Notes: generated by a model from the letters alone, not told the origin. Counted from the first letter of the stretch, positions 8,160 through 16,121 are shown. The stretch: DNA of 26,874 nucleotides from a virus (IMGVR_UViG_3300046453_000093:1-26874), one strand, 5' to 3'. Made by a program: numbers and translations.

Positions 8160-8452
8160 TCTTCCATCTCTCCCTCTAATGATTTTTCAATTGCCAACAC
8201 GCCTAAATCTGTAACATAGAGCTTATGTTCCCTAATGCCTGTCACAGTTTCAACAAAGTTTGCTACATCTAGTCTGTAAATGGTTTTTCTTAGATTGGCT
8301 TCAGATATATCAGCTACTTCAGATAACTCCTTTTTCTTCATTGCTTTAAATGGTGCAGTTGCTTTATTGTCAATCAAAACGCCTAAGACAGAAATATCAT
8401 CAATAGTTAGACGATTAACAATATGAAGAAAGTAGTTTTCACTATCAATCAC
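8156..8452 (-). CDS. tubR: TubR-like winged-helix adaptor
   Basis: 98 aa wHTH (KKELSEVADISEANLRKTIYRLDVANFV...LYVTDLG), translationally coupled to tubZ; GTG start after AAAGGGG. Confidence 0.7.
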   Translation of the reverse strand: MIDSENYFLHIVNRLTIDDISVLGVLIDNKATAPFKAMKKKELSEVADISEANLRKTIYRLDVANFVETVTGIREHKLYVTDLGVLAIEKSLEGEMEE

Positions 8453-8536
8453 TAAAAATCAACCCCTTTCAATCGTGATATTAAAATATATTGATTGATA
8501 CTACTATATTAAAAAACATCTAAAAATATACCTTTT

Positions 8537-9142
8537 TTATACATTTTTTCTTAACCCTAAAATACTCCACTCTCTCGCTTCATCAATCAGCATTTCTACA
8601 ATTTCAATAAAAGTTATCTGTTCTTTAAAGGGATTGTTCTTATATAGATACTTTAAAGTATCTCTTAGCAATTTTTTTTGTAGTTCGCTTAAATTTGTCG
8701 TATATAAACGGATTAATCTGTCTATAATGTCAATATCACGTATAGCACACTCAAGTAGAAGTCTTGTAGCTGATGATACAGACGTTAAACCCAATGAGAA
8801 TGCTAATACTTCCATACTCTCATTAAATTCCTTGTTGAAGCGTGTAGAGACTCTTTTAGATGGTACGTTCTTAACAATGTATCGGCTATGGGCTAAATTC
8901 GGATTTCCTCTATATATAGTGTTTTCGTGTTGGTAATCTCTTCGGAAATATTGAGAAATAAAATCAAGAACTTTCCTTGAACGCAAGCCATCCATACAGA
9001 TAAATTCAACTACATTTTTAATGGGTTGACCTGTGATGTCTGCAAGGTTGGCAATGCAATTGTAGAGATGAATTGGAACTGTCGGCTTAACATCCACCTT
9101 CTTATCACTTCTTTCCTTCCTATTACTTACCTTCTCCCTCAT
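8537..9142 (-). CDS. DNA-binding protein with two RHH-like motifs
   Basis: KPTVPIHLYNCIANLADITGQPIKNVVEFICMDGL and KRVSTRFNKEFNESMEVLAFSLGLTSVSSATRLLLECAI both fit beta-alpha-alpha; GAGGTG RBS. Confidence 0.6.
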   Translation of the reverse strand: MREKVSNRKERSDKKVDVKPTVPIHLYNCIANLADITGQPIKNVVEFICMDGLRSRKVLDFISQYFRRDYQHENTIYRGNPNLAHSRYIVKNVPSKRVSTRFNKEFNESMEVLAFSLGLTSVSSATRLLLECAIRDIDIIDRLIRLYTTNLSELQKKLLRDTLKYLYKNNPFKEQITFIEIVEMLIDEAREWSILGLRKNV

Positions 9143-9279
9143 TGATTATCACCTCAAAATTGATAGATTTTCCCTAGAACACTGTACATCTGTCCCTGCT
9201 TTAATAAAGTATATGGCAGGGGAGGGAGGAGTATGATAGTATCATATAAATATATCTTAAAAATATATTTAAAATATTC

Positions 9280-9308
9280 TAGACAAGTGATAAATATAAT
9301 GATAGAAT
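9280..9308 (+). promoter_or_regulatory. sigma-A promoter containing the 19-bp box
   Basis: TAGACA-N17-TAGAAT with extended TG; box ACAAGTGATAAATATAATG at 9283-9301. Confidence 0.8.
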
Positions 9309-9340
9309 AAGATTATGATAAATTGAGAGGAATGAAGTGC

Positions 9341-11551
9341 ATGATTGAAATTGAGGTGAAAATTGATAGATTGGTATGGTCAAGCACAAGCAATGATTTT
9401 AAGATTTATGGTGCTTTGCCTACAAACGAAGATGATATTAACCTACATGATTTGAAATTCAACCAATATAACAATCTTTCAATAAGTGGCGTAATGCCAA
9501 AATTAGAAGTGGGTTCTGTATATAATGTTAAAATGGTAGAAAAGAATAATCCCAAATATGGAATAGGATATGAAGTGCAAAATGTGTTTCAGAACCTACC
9601 AACATCAGTTGATGAACAAAAAGCATACTTATCTACATTATTAACAGAATTGCAAGTTCAAAATATCTATGAAGTATACAATGATGGGGAAGACATTATT
9701 GAACTAATGAAGACCAATAAGTTTGATTACCGTAAAATTAAAGGTATGGGAGAAACAACTTATAATGTTGTTAGAACAAAAGTTGTAGCTAACTTAGAAC
9801 TCCAAGAAGCTTTGATTGCATTGTCAAAATATGGATTAACATACAACATTGTCAGTAAACTTGTTAAAAAATATGGGTCTGCTAAACTAGTGGTTGATAA
9901 AATCACTGAGAATCCATATACACTTACAGAAGTGGATGGAATAGGATTTGCAAAATGTGATACATATGCTTTGAGCATGGGTGTTGAACCAACATCAAAC
10001 TACAGGATTGAAGCCTGTATTAAATACGTGCTAGACGATGTAGGGAATAACTCAGGTCATTCATGGTTGTCTATAACTGGACTAGTAAAGAAATGTACAG
10101 AGATGATGAAAATTGACCAAAAATATTCTGAGGAATATTTAAACAAATATAGTGGTAAGACTTTATACATAAGTGATGATAGAGTGGCTAGGATTAATCT
10201 TTACAATTATGAGAAGTGGATTTCTGAATCCGTCAAGCGACTTCTTTCAACAAAACCAAAACCAGTTGAAAACTTAGATGAAAAAATCAATAAAGCTGAA
10301 GAAAAACAGGGTTTTAATTTTACTGATGAACAAAGAGATGCTATCAAAATGGCTGTTGAAAATAACTTTGTTGTCATAACAGGTAAGGCAGGAACAGGTA
10401 AAACAACCATATTAAAAGGAATTGTAGAAGTATTAAAATCAGATGATGAATTTAAAGATTATTATGCATGTGCGCTGAGTGGAAAAGCGGCTCAACGTAT
10501 TGCTGAAAGTACAGGTCTAAATTCATCAACTATACATAGATTACTAGGTTGGAATGCTGAATCAAATGGTTTCCTTCATGATTATAATAATACATTGCCT
10601 AAAGGCGCAGGTGTACTTGATGAAGCTTCAATGGTAAATAGTTATATTTGCAATGCTTTATTTGGAGCAATGCCAACATGTGGAAAACTTATCGTATTAG
10701 GAGATGTCGAACAACTTGAACCAATTGGGGCAGGAAATGTATTTAAAGACCTAGTTGATAGTAAGTTTGTACCAAAGGTATATCTTACACAAGTTCACAG
10801 ACAGGCAATGAAAAGTGGAATTTTAAGTACTGCCAACAACATAAGAGAAGGTATTCAGTTTAATACGAAAGATAACTATGAAGAAAGAGTTATCGGAGAA
10901 TTAAAAGACCTTCACTTTAAACCATACAGAAAAGTAGAGACAGTTAAAAAGGCGATTATTAAAGCATGTAAACAATATTTGAATGCACCAAACTTTGATT
11001 TGATGAACTTTCAAGTAATTGTGCCACTAAAAAATCGTGGAGAGATTTGCACAAAAAAATTGAATATAGAGTTACAAGAAATATTTAACCCTGAAATGAA
11101 ACCTGTAATTAATAGAAATGGATACGATTTCAAAGAAGGGGACAAAGTAATACAGCAAGGAAACAATTATGATATTAATTGTTGGAATGGAACTCTAGGT
11201 ATTGTCAAGGAAGTGGACACTATCTTAAAGGAAATAACCATCGACTTTGTTGGAGTCGGCAGTGTTAAATATAATCAAGAAGATATGGGACAAATTGATA
11301 TGGCATACGCACTGACTGTACATCGAGTACAGGGAAGTCAGTTTGACAATGTTGTAATAGGATTAGACTATTCTTCATATGTTTTATTGTCAAGACAACT
11401 TGTTTATACTGCACTAACAAGAGCAAGTAAATTGGCAATCCTTATTTGTGAGAACGAAGCTTTGATACATGCCATTCGAACTGATAACGCTTCAAAAAGA
11501 AATACCTTCCTCAAGGACATGTTAGCAGAAAATTTGACAAATGATAAATAA
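9341..11551 (+). CDS. recD2: RecD2-family SF1B helicase
   Basis: N-terminal OB/HhH region (EVDGIGFAKCD); GKAGTGKTT, LDEASM, GDVEQL, HRQ, YALTVHRVQGSQF, YTALTRA; start moved to ATG 9341 after GAGG. Confidence 0.93.
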   Translation: MIEIEVKIDRLVWSSTSNDFKIYGALPTNEDDINLHDLKFNQYNNLSISGVMPKLEVGSVYNVKMVEKNNPKYGIGYEVQNVFQNLPTSVDEQKAYLSTLLTELQVQNIYEVYNDGEDIIELMKTNKFDYRKIKGMGETTYNVVRTKVVANLELQEALIALSKYGLTYNIVSKLVKKYGSAKLVVDKITENPYTLTEVDGIGFAKCDTYALSMGVEPTSNYRIEACIKYVLDDVGNNSGHSWLSITGLVKKCTEMMKIDQKYSEEYLNKYSGKTLYISDDRVARINLYNYEKWISESVKRLLSTKPKPVENLDEKINKAEEKQGFNFTDEQRDAIKMAVENNFVVITGKAGTGKTTILKGIVEVLKSDDEFKDYYACALSGKAAQRIAESTGLNSSTIHRLLGWNAESNGFLHDYNNTLPKGAGVLDEASMVNSYICNALFGAMPTCGKLIVLGDVEQLEPIGAGNVFKDLVDSKFVPKVYLTQVHRQAMKSGILSTANNIREGIQFNTKDNYEERVIGELKDLHFKPYRKVETVKKAIIKACKQYLNAPNFDLMNFQVIVPLKNRGEICTKKLNIELQEIFNPEMKPVINRNGYDFKEGDKVIQQGNNYDINCWNGTLGIVKEVDTILKEITIDFVGVGSVKYNQEDMGQIDMAYALTVHRVQGSQFDNVVIGLDYSSYVLLSRQLVYTALTRASKLAILICENEALIHAIRTDNASKRNTFLKDMLAENLTNDK

Positions 11552-11562
11552 AATGATATTAT
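11534..11562 (+). promoter_or_regulatory. sigma-A promoter containing the 19-bp box
   Basis: TTGACA-N17-TATTAT with extended TG; box ACAAATGATAAATAAAATG at 11537-11555; overlaps the recD2 stop. Confidence 0.8.
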
Positions 11563-11584
11563 ATTACTATAGAAGAAACAAGTA

Positions 11585-12148
11585 ATGCACCAAAGAGGGA
11601 AGTGGCAAGTAGTAATGGGAGTTGTGAAAATAGATATACATAAAAGCGAGAGAAACTTCAAAAATCTAAGTCTATCAGACACAAATGTTGTGAAGTGGCT
11701 AATCCTCTATAGGGATAAGATAGATTTATATTATGGAGAAAAAACAGATAATTTTTATAACCATGCAGGAAACGTAAAAGAGTTAAATGCAGAATTAGTT
11801 AATCTTTTCGTTTGCTTGGATGATTTAATAGATAAATGTAAATTCAAAGAAGAACAGTTGGCACTTTTAAAATTGTTGTTTATGGGTTACACATTTAAAG
11901 ATATTGAAGATGCCACACAAAAAGCCACCTCTCGTACAATAAAAAGAAGATTTGAGAGTATTTGTAGGACAATTACAGAAATGAATGAAAGACTTTGGAA
12001 AATCCAAATACATAAGAATTACTTAAGTACTGAATTTAGAAAATGTTCAAAGTGCGAATCAGAATTACCACTGACAGATTACTTCTTCTATAAGGACAAA
12101 AAAGGCAAAGATGGATATAGGAGTAATTGCAAAAAATGTACAGCATAA
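11585..12148 (+). CDS. sigma-70 region-4-like HTH regulator with C-terminal C4 zinc finger
   Basis: QLALLKLLFMGYTFKDIEDAT...TIKRRFESIC HTH; CSKC-x24-CKKC; exact start uncertain (11585, 11615 or 11624). Confidence 0.7.
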   Translation: MHQRGKWQVVMGVVKIDIHKSERNFKNLSLSDTNVVKWLILYRDKIDLYYGEKTDNFYNHAGNVKELNAELVNLFVCLDDLIDKCKFKEEQLALLKLLFMGYTFKDIEDATQKATSRTIKRRFESICRTITEMNERLWKIQIHKNYLSTEFRKCSKCESELPLTDYFFYKDKKGKDGYRSNCKKCTA

Positions 12149-12215
12149 AACATTTCGCAATGTATGTGGTAAATTCATATTTAACAAATTACATTATTAA
12201 TGAGGGGATAATTAC

Positions 12216-12566
12216 ATGAAGTTGAAATTACCTAATGGTGACAGTATAAAATTAGATACTAGCCTACCCCTTGAAGAACGAAAGGAAGTAGTTGATAGGA
12301 TTCTAAAGGAATGGAATTCGTATTTTGAAAGTTCATGGGAACTAATTAATACAAAAGTTTGTTTAGATGTATTATCAAATTATCTTTGTTTAGTTAAAGA
12401 TGGGAATAAGAAGAATAAAGAAGATAAATACATAATGTCAGTAACAAAAATTAAACATATGCAAAGAGGAAATGCAAAATCATCAAACTTTTCCTGTTTG
12501 CCACAAGACCAAAGACAATTACTAGGACTTGTAGACCACAATAACGATGAAAGCAGTGATTACTGA
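12216..12566 (+). CDS. hypothetical phage protein (116 aa)
   Basis: GAGGGG RBS; TGATG coupling to the next gene. Confidence 0.8.
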   Translation: MKLKLPNGDSIKLDTSLPLEERKEVVDRILKEWNSYFESSWELINTKVCLDVLSNYLCLVKDGNKKNKEDKYIMSVTKIKHMQRGNAKSSNFSCLPQDQRQLLGLVDHNNDESSDY

Positions 12567-12814
12567 TGAAAACGATAATTGAAAGACCAGTTGACATAAC
12601 TAATGAATTCTGTTATAATAAAGTAAATTATAGAATTTCACCAAATCTTAAACAATATGAAGTTGTTGATTATCCTGTTGTTACAAATGATAAATATAAT
12701 GATTGGACAAATGATAGTCAAATGGATAGTGTGATAGTGGTGGATGTTGATGGAGAAATAAAATTTTTAGACCAAAGTGGAACAAATATTACGGTTTTTG
12801 TAGAGCAAGTGTAA
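12566..12814 (+). CDS. hypothetical phage protein (82 aa)
   Basis: start overlaps the previous stop; lies just upstream of HU. Confidence 0.75.
   Translation: MKTIIERPVDITNEFCYNKVNYRISPNLKQYEVVDYPVVTNDKYNDWTNDSQMDSVIVVDVDGEIKFLDQSGTNITVFVEQV
12683..12701 (+). promoter_or_regulatory. intragenic copy of the 19-bp box
   Basis: ACAAATGATAAATATAATG; no -10 at the expected position; ~190 bp upstream of HU. Confidence 0.65.
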
Positions 12815-12891
12815 AATATAATCACTAGCTTTATTACATAAATAAAATAAAAAATACAATAATTTTAATGGGAAAAAGGAGATTGATTATT

Positions 12892-13221
12892 ATGGCAAAG
12901 GTACAAACAGAAAAGGTTTCAATGAAAGAATTTCGTCAAGCAATTAAAGAGGAATTAGAAGCTTTACATGCAGGTGTAGAATCTAAGAAAAAAGTAACTA
13001 ATCGTGACGCTGACTTTACAGCTAAAGCAGTAGCAAATGTAGTTTATGGATTCTTAGTTGAAGGTAAGAATGTAGGTCTAAGTGGTCTAGGAACTTGGGA
13101 ATTGCGTGAGCGTGGTTCACGTATGGGTCGTAATCCACAGACAGGTGAAGAAATTGAAATTGAAGCACGACAAGCTGTGGGCTTTGTTCCAAGTGATTCA
13201 CTGAAAAAAGCAGTTAAGTAA
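12892..13221 (+). CDS. hup: HU/IHF-family histone-like protein (SPbeta YonN-like position)
   Basis: VGLSGLGTWELRERGSRMGRNPQTGEEIEIEARQAVGFVPSDSLKKAV; start ATG 12892 after AAGGAG. Confidence 0.93.
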   Translation: MAKVQTEKVSMKEFRQAIKEELEALHAGVESKKKVTNRDADFTAKAVANVVYGFLVEGKNVGLSGLGTWELRERGSRMGRNPQTGEEIEIEARQAVGFVPSDSLKKAVK

Positions 13222-13240
13222 TTTATAAGTAAGCCAATCA

Positions 13241-13284
13241 AGGGAGAGGTAAGACTGAAAAATGTCGTACTTCTCTTTTTTTTA
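13241..13284 (+). terminator. intrinsic terminator after HU
   Basis: AGGGAGAGGTA/TACTTCTCTTT stem plus a long T-run. Confidence 0.7.
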
Positions 13285-13306
13285 TAAGAAGGGTGGCTAA
13301 TAATAA

Positions 13307-14551
13307 ATGAATGATTCAAAACTCTATGCGCCTGATACAAATATATTACTAGGTGATATTGGAAATTTAAGCCAATATAGACTAGTACTATTATCGCATA
13401 CTTTAAGGGAACTAGATAAGCACAAATCATCAAGTGATGAAGATTTGGCTTATAGGGCAAGAAAAGCTGTACGCTTTATTAAAAGGAATAGAAAAAATTT
13501 CTCATTTGACCTAAAGAATTATGATGGTTCTGAATTGGGTAGAGATTTTTCTTCATCGTATCAAGATGATAACATATTGAAGGCTTGTGTGGATAACCAA
13601 TATGGCATTATCACAAAAGATGTTCTTTTACAATTGAAAGCAGAAGGATTTGGTATTGAAGTAGTAGATTTAGAAGATGTAAGAATTGAGTCTGCACAAG
13701 AATATACAGGTATCCATAAGGTCTATCTATCAGAGTCAGAATCAGACCAAGAAGAACTTGCAAAAATTTATCAGAATCCCTCTAGTAATAATTATGGTTT
13801 ACTAACAAATCAATACTTAATAGTTTACAACAAGGATAAACCAATAAAAAATAAAGATGGGTCAATTACATATGAAGTTATTGATAAATTTAGATTTAAT
13901 GGCAAGATTTTAGTCAAGCTTAAAATACCTGATAAGAAGATTGTGAAGGCAAAGAATGAGGAACAGGAATGTGCTTTAGACATGTTGTATAATAAAGAGA
14001 TTCCTATCAAAATAATTGCGGGTACATATGGTAGCGGAAAGACATATTTAGCTGTTAAAATGGCAATTTATCACGTTCTTGAAAAGGGTAATCATGGTAA
14101 AATTATGGTTCTTAGGAATCCAATTGGTAGTGGTGAAGCAATTGGATGGCTTAAAGGCGATAAGGAAGATAAGACCAAAGACTTCTTTAAACCATTTGTT
14201 CAGCATCTTGAAGGTGGAGAACAAGAAGCAGAATTACTTGAAACAAGGGGTCAGCTAGTCAAAGAAATACCTTATTATATCAAAGGTCTTTCAATTGAGG
14301 ATACTTTTGTAGTGGTTGATGAAGCTGAGGACTTAACTTCTAAATTATTAAAATTGATTGGTACTAGGTTAGCAGAGAACTCAGAGATTGTCTTTGCGGG
14401 CGATTTCAAACAAGCAGAAGATAAATATATGGCAAGTAATGGTTTGCTACACGCTATTGATTCGTTAAAAGGGAATCCTCTTGTTGGGATTGTAATTTTA
14501 GAGGAAGATGTACGGTCTGAAGCAAGTAAAGTATTTGCCGAAATGATATAA
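13307..14551 (+). CDS. phoH: PIN-PhoH protein (PhoH2/YlaK-like RNase-helicase)
   Basis: N-terminal PIN (PDTNILL...LRELDKHK...DDNIL...TKD); Walker A GTYGSGKT; VDEAED; GDFKQ; RSEAS. Confidence 0.9.
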   Translation: MNDSKLYAPDTNILLGDIGNLSQYRLVLLSHTLRELDKHKSSSDEDLAYRARKAVRFIKRNRKNFSFDLKNYDGSELGRDFSSSYQDDNILKACVDNQYGIITKDVLLQLKAEGFGIEVVDLEDVRIESAQEYTGIHKVYLSESESDQEELAKIYQNPSSNNYGLLTNQYLIVYNKDKPIKNKDGSITYEVIDKFRFNGKILVKLKIPDKKIVKAKNEEQECALDMLYNKEIPIKIIAGTYGSGKTYLAVKMAIYHVLEKGNHGKIMVLRNPIGSGEAIGWLKGDKEDKTKDFFKPFVQHLEGGEQEAELLETRGQLVKEIPYYIKGLSIEDTFVVVDEAEDLTSKLLKLIGTRLAENSEIVFAGDFKQAEDKYMASNGLLHAIDSLKGNPLVGIVILEEDVRSEASKVFAEMI

Positions 14552-14590
14552 TGAATAATTTGATAATTAAAACATCATTTAGTCGGATAG

Positions 14591-14619
14591 TTGACAAGTG
14601 ATAAATAAAATGCTATAAT
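14591..14619 (+). promoter_or_regulatory. consensus sigma-A promoter containing the 19-bp box
   Basis: TTGACA-N17-TATAAT with extended TG; box ACAAGTGATAAATAAAATG at 14594-14612. Confidence 0.9.
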
Positions 14620-14696
14620 GTTTATAGATAGAGAATATCTACTAAACAACTTAACTCTCTTTTTACCAAGTTATGAGACTAAAATATAAACTTGTG

Positions 14697-14793
14697 TTCT
14701 AAATTAAGTGTGCAACTGGCGAGAGCCATACAAAGAAGGGTCACTCTCCAAGAAAGTGTGATTACTAGAACTCGTTGCACACTTAATTTAGAA
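14697..14793 (+). ncRNA. structured RNA element closed by a perfect 20-bp stem
   Basis: TTCTAAATTAAGTGTGCAAC (14697-14716) / GTTGCACACTTAATTTAGAA (14774-14793); interior has a TGGC-GAGA-GCCA GNRA hairpin. Confidence 0.6.
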
Positions 14794-14796
14794 AAC

Positions 14797-14972
14797 TATT
14801 TGTTAAATTGAGTGTTTGAGTGTGTGAATAGGCTATATGCCGAAATTCTTGGTGTTTCGCTACCATTAAATGCGAGCCTTAAAAGGTTTAGTTCTATGAC
14901 AATTGAATATTAAAAAGTTGAACGTTGTACTGTTGTGCAATGTATTAATTCACACACTCAATTTAGCAAATA
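14797..14972 (+). ncRNA. second structured RNA element closed by a ~25-bp stem
   Basis: TATTTGTTAAATTGAGTGT[TTGAGTGT]GTGAAT pairs with ATTCACACACTCAATTTAGCAAATA (14948-14972); internal hairpins. Confidence 0.55.
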
Positions 14973-15017
14973 CAAATCATAAATATAATTAAATGGGAAT
15001 AAGGGAGATTGATAAAA

Positions 15018-15650
15018 ATGACAGTTGAAGTAATGTCAATTCAAAGAGGACTTTCGGAATTAAAACTACTTGACAAACGTATTAATAATGCAATGTCAGG
15101 GGCTAAGTTAATTAGTGTTAGAGTGGGCGAAAAACCTGTCATTGGTTACAAGGATGATGAAGATTTTTCCGTTCAAGCAAACGCTAAAATTGATTCGATT
15201 ACTGACCTTATCAAACGTAGGGATGCAATTAAAGGTGCAATTGTCGTAGCAAATGCAACAACACCTGTAAAGGTTGGAGATGAAACAATGACTATTGCAA
15301 CTGCAATAGAGAGAAAAGATTCTATTGTTCATCTAAAAAACCTTCATAATTTATTGCGTAATCAATATGTCACAGCTTTAAATGAGTATCAACGTAAGGA
15401 TGATAGCTTTAAAGCTAATCTTGACAAACACCTTGAAACACTTTACGGAAAAGAGGGTAAAGCTAAAGGTTTGGAAAATAGGGATGCATTAAAACCATTC
15501 CTTGATATGAACGAACCACATTTAGTTGACCCACTCCAATTAAAACAGGTAATGGATAAACTTCAAGAGCAAATTGATGTTTTTGAAAGCGAGTGCGATT
15601 TATCACTCAGCGAGGTAAATGTTAAGACTGACATCACAGTTGAGTATTAG
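15018..15650 (+). CDS. coiled-coil protein, DIP1984/DUF6847-like (210 aa)
   Basis: GGGAG RBS; MSIQRGLSELKLLDKRI, VKVGDETMTIATAIERK, and LVDPL...ID.FESECD..LSEVN..T.I patterns; family assignment from memory only. Confidence 0.6.
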   Translation: MTVEVMSIQRGLSELKLLDKRINNAMSGAKLISVRVGEKPVIGYKDDEDFSVQANAKIDSITDLIKRRDAIKGAIVVANATTPVKVGDETMTIATAIERKDSIVHLKNLHNLLRNQYVTALNEYQRKDDSFKANLDKHLETLYGKEGKAKGLENRDALKPFLDMNEPHLVDPLQLKQVMDKLQEQIDVFESECDLSLSEVNVKTDITVEY

Positions 15651-15690
15651 AATCTAAAAGGGTGGGACAACCACCCTATATATCAAATAA

Positions 15691-16067
15691 TTATTACCAA
15701 TTTGTCGAAAACCACGAACTTCAATACGCCTTTATACAAGCGATATTGTATTTATATTTTTGATACTCAGTATCAAGACTAAAGAATTTAGGATGATACC
15801 TAAAATATAACTCATTAAGAGTTGCTATATTACAGGGTATGTCATATAGACGTACATTACATATGCGGAGAAATTCCAATCCTAAAAGTTCAAAGTTGAG
15901 AAATCAAGTATCAGAGTTCAAGATTCAAAACTCTTTTACCGCAATGGGCGGTTCAAAGTTTAGGTCTTAAAGGTGAAAGTTATTCAAAAAACTTGGATTT
16001 AAAGGTTATACCTAGTGCTTATTGATAGACTAAGTGGTTATCCTCCAAGCTGACAAGTTGGTAATAG
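15691..16067 (+). ncRNA. large (~377 nt) structured non-coding RNA of unknown class
   Basis: 15-bp closing stem TATTACCAATTTGTC (15692-15706) / GACAAGTTGGTAATA (16052-16066); several internal hairpins; heptamer array; no ORF of 60 aa or more. Confidence 0.7.
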
Positions 16068-16121
16068 TTACAAAACTGCCACAGACAATTGGGAGAGTTA
16101 TATCTGTGGTAGTTTTGTAAC
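16067..16121 (+). other. 19-bp hairpin (possible RNase III processing site)
   Basis: GTTACAAAACTGCCACAGA / TCTGTGGTAGTTTTGTAAC with one G-U; no U-tract. Confidence 0.6.

Noticed and set aside
14717-14947. Hammerhead ribozyme or known riboswitch in the clamped modules
   Set aside because: No CUGANGA/GAAA core or other consensus I recognise
15691-16067. tmRNA, RNase P RNA or group I intron, suggested by size and by TGCGGAGAA / GACTA fragments
   Set aside because: No tRNA-like ends or T-arm, no GAGGAAAGUC P4 motif, no Q or S elements in order, and no interrupted gene
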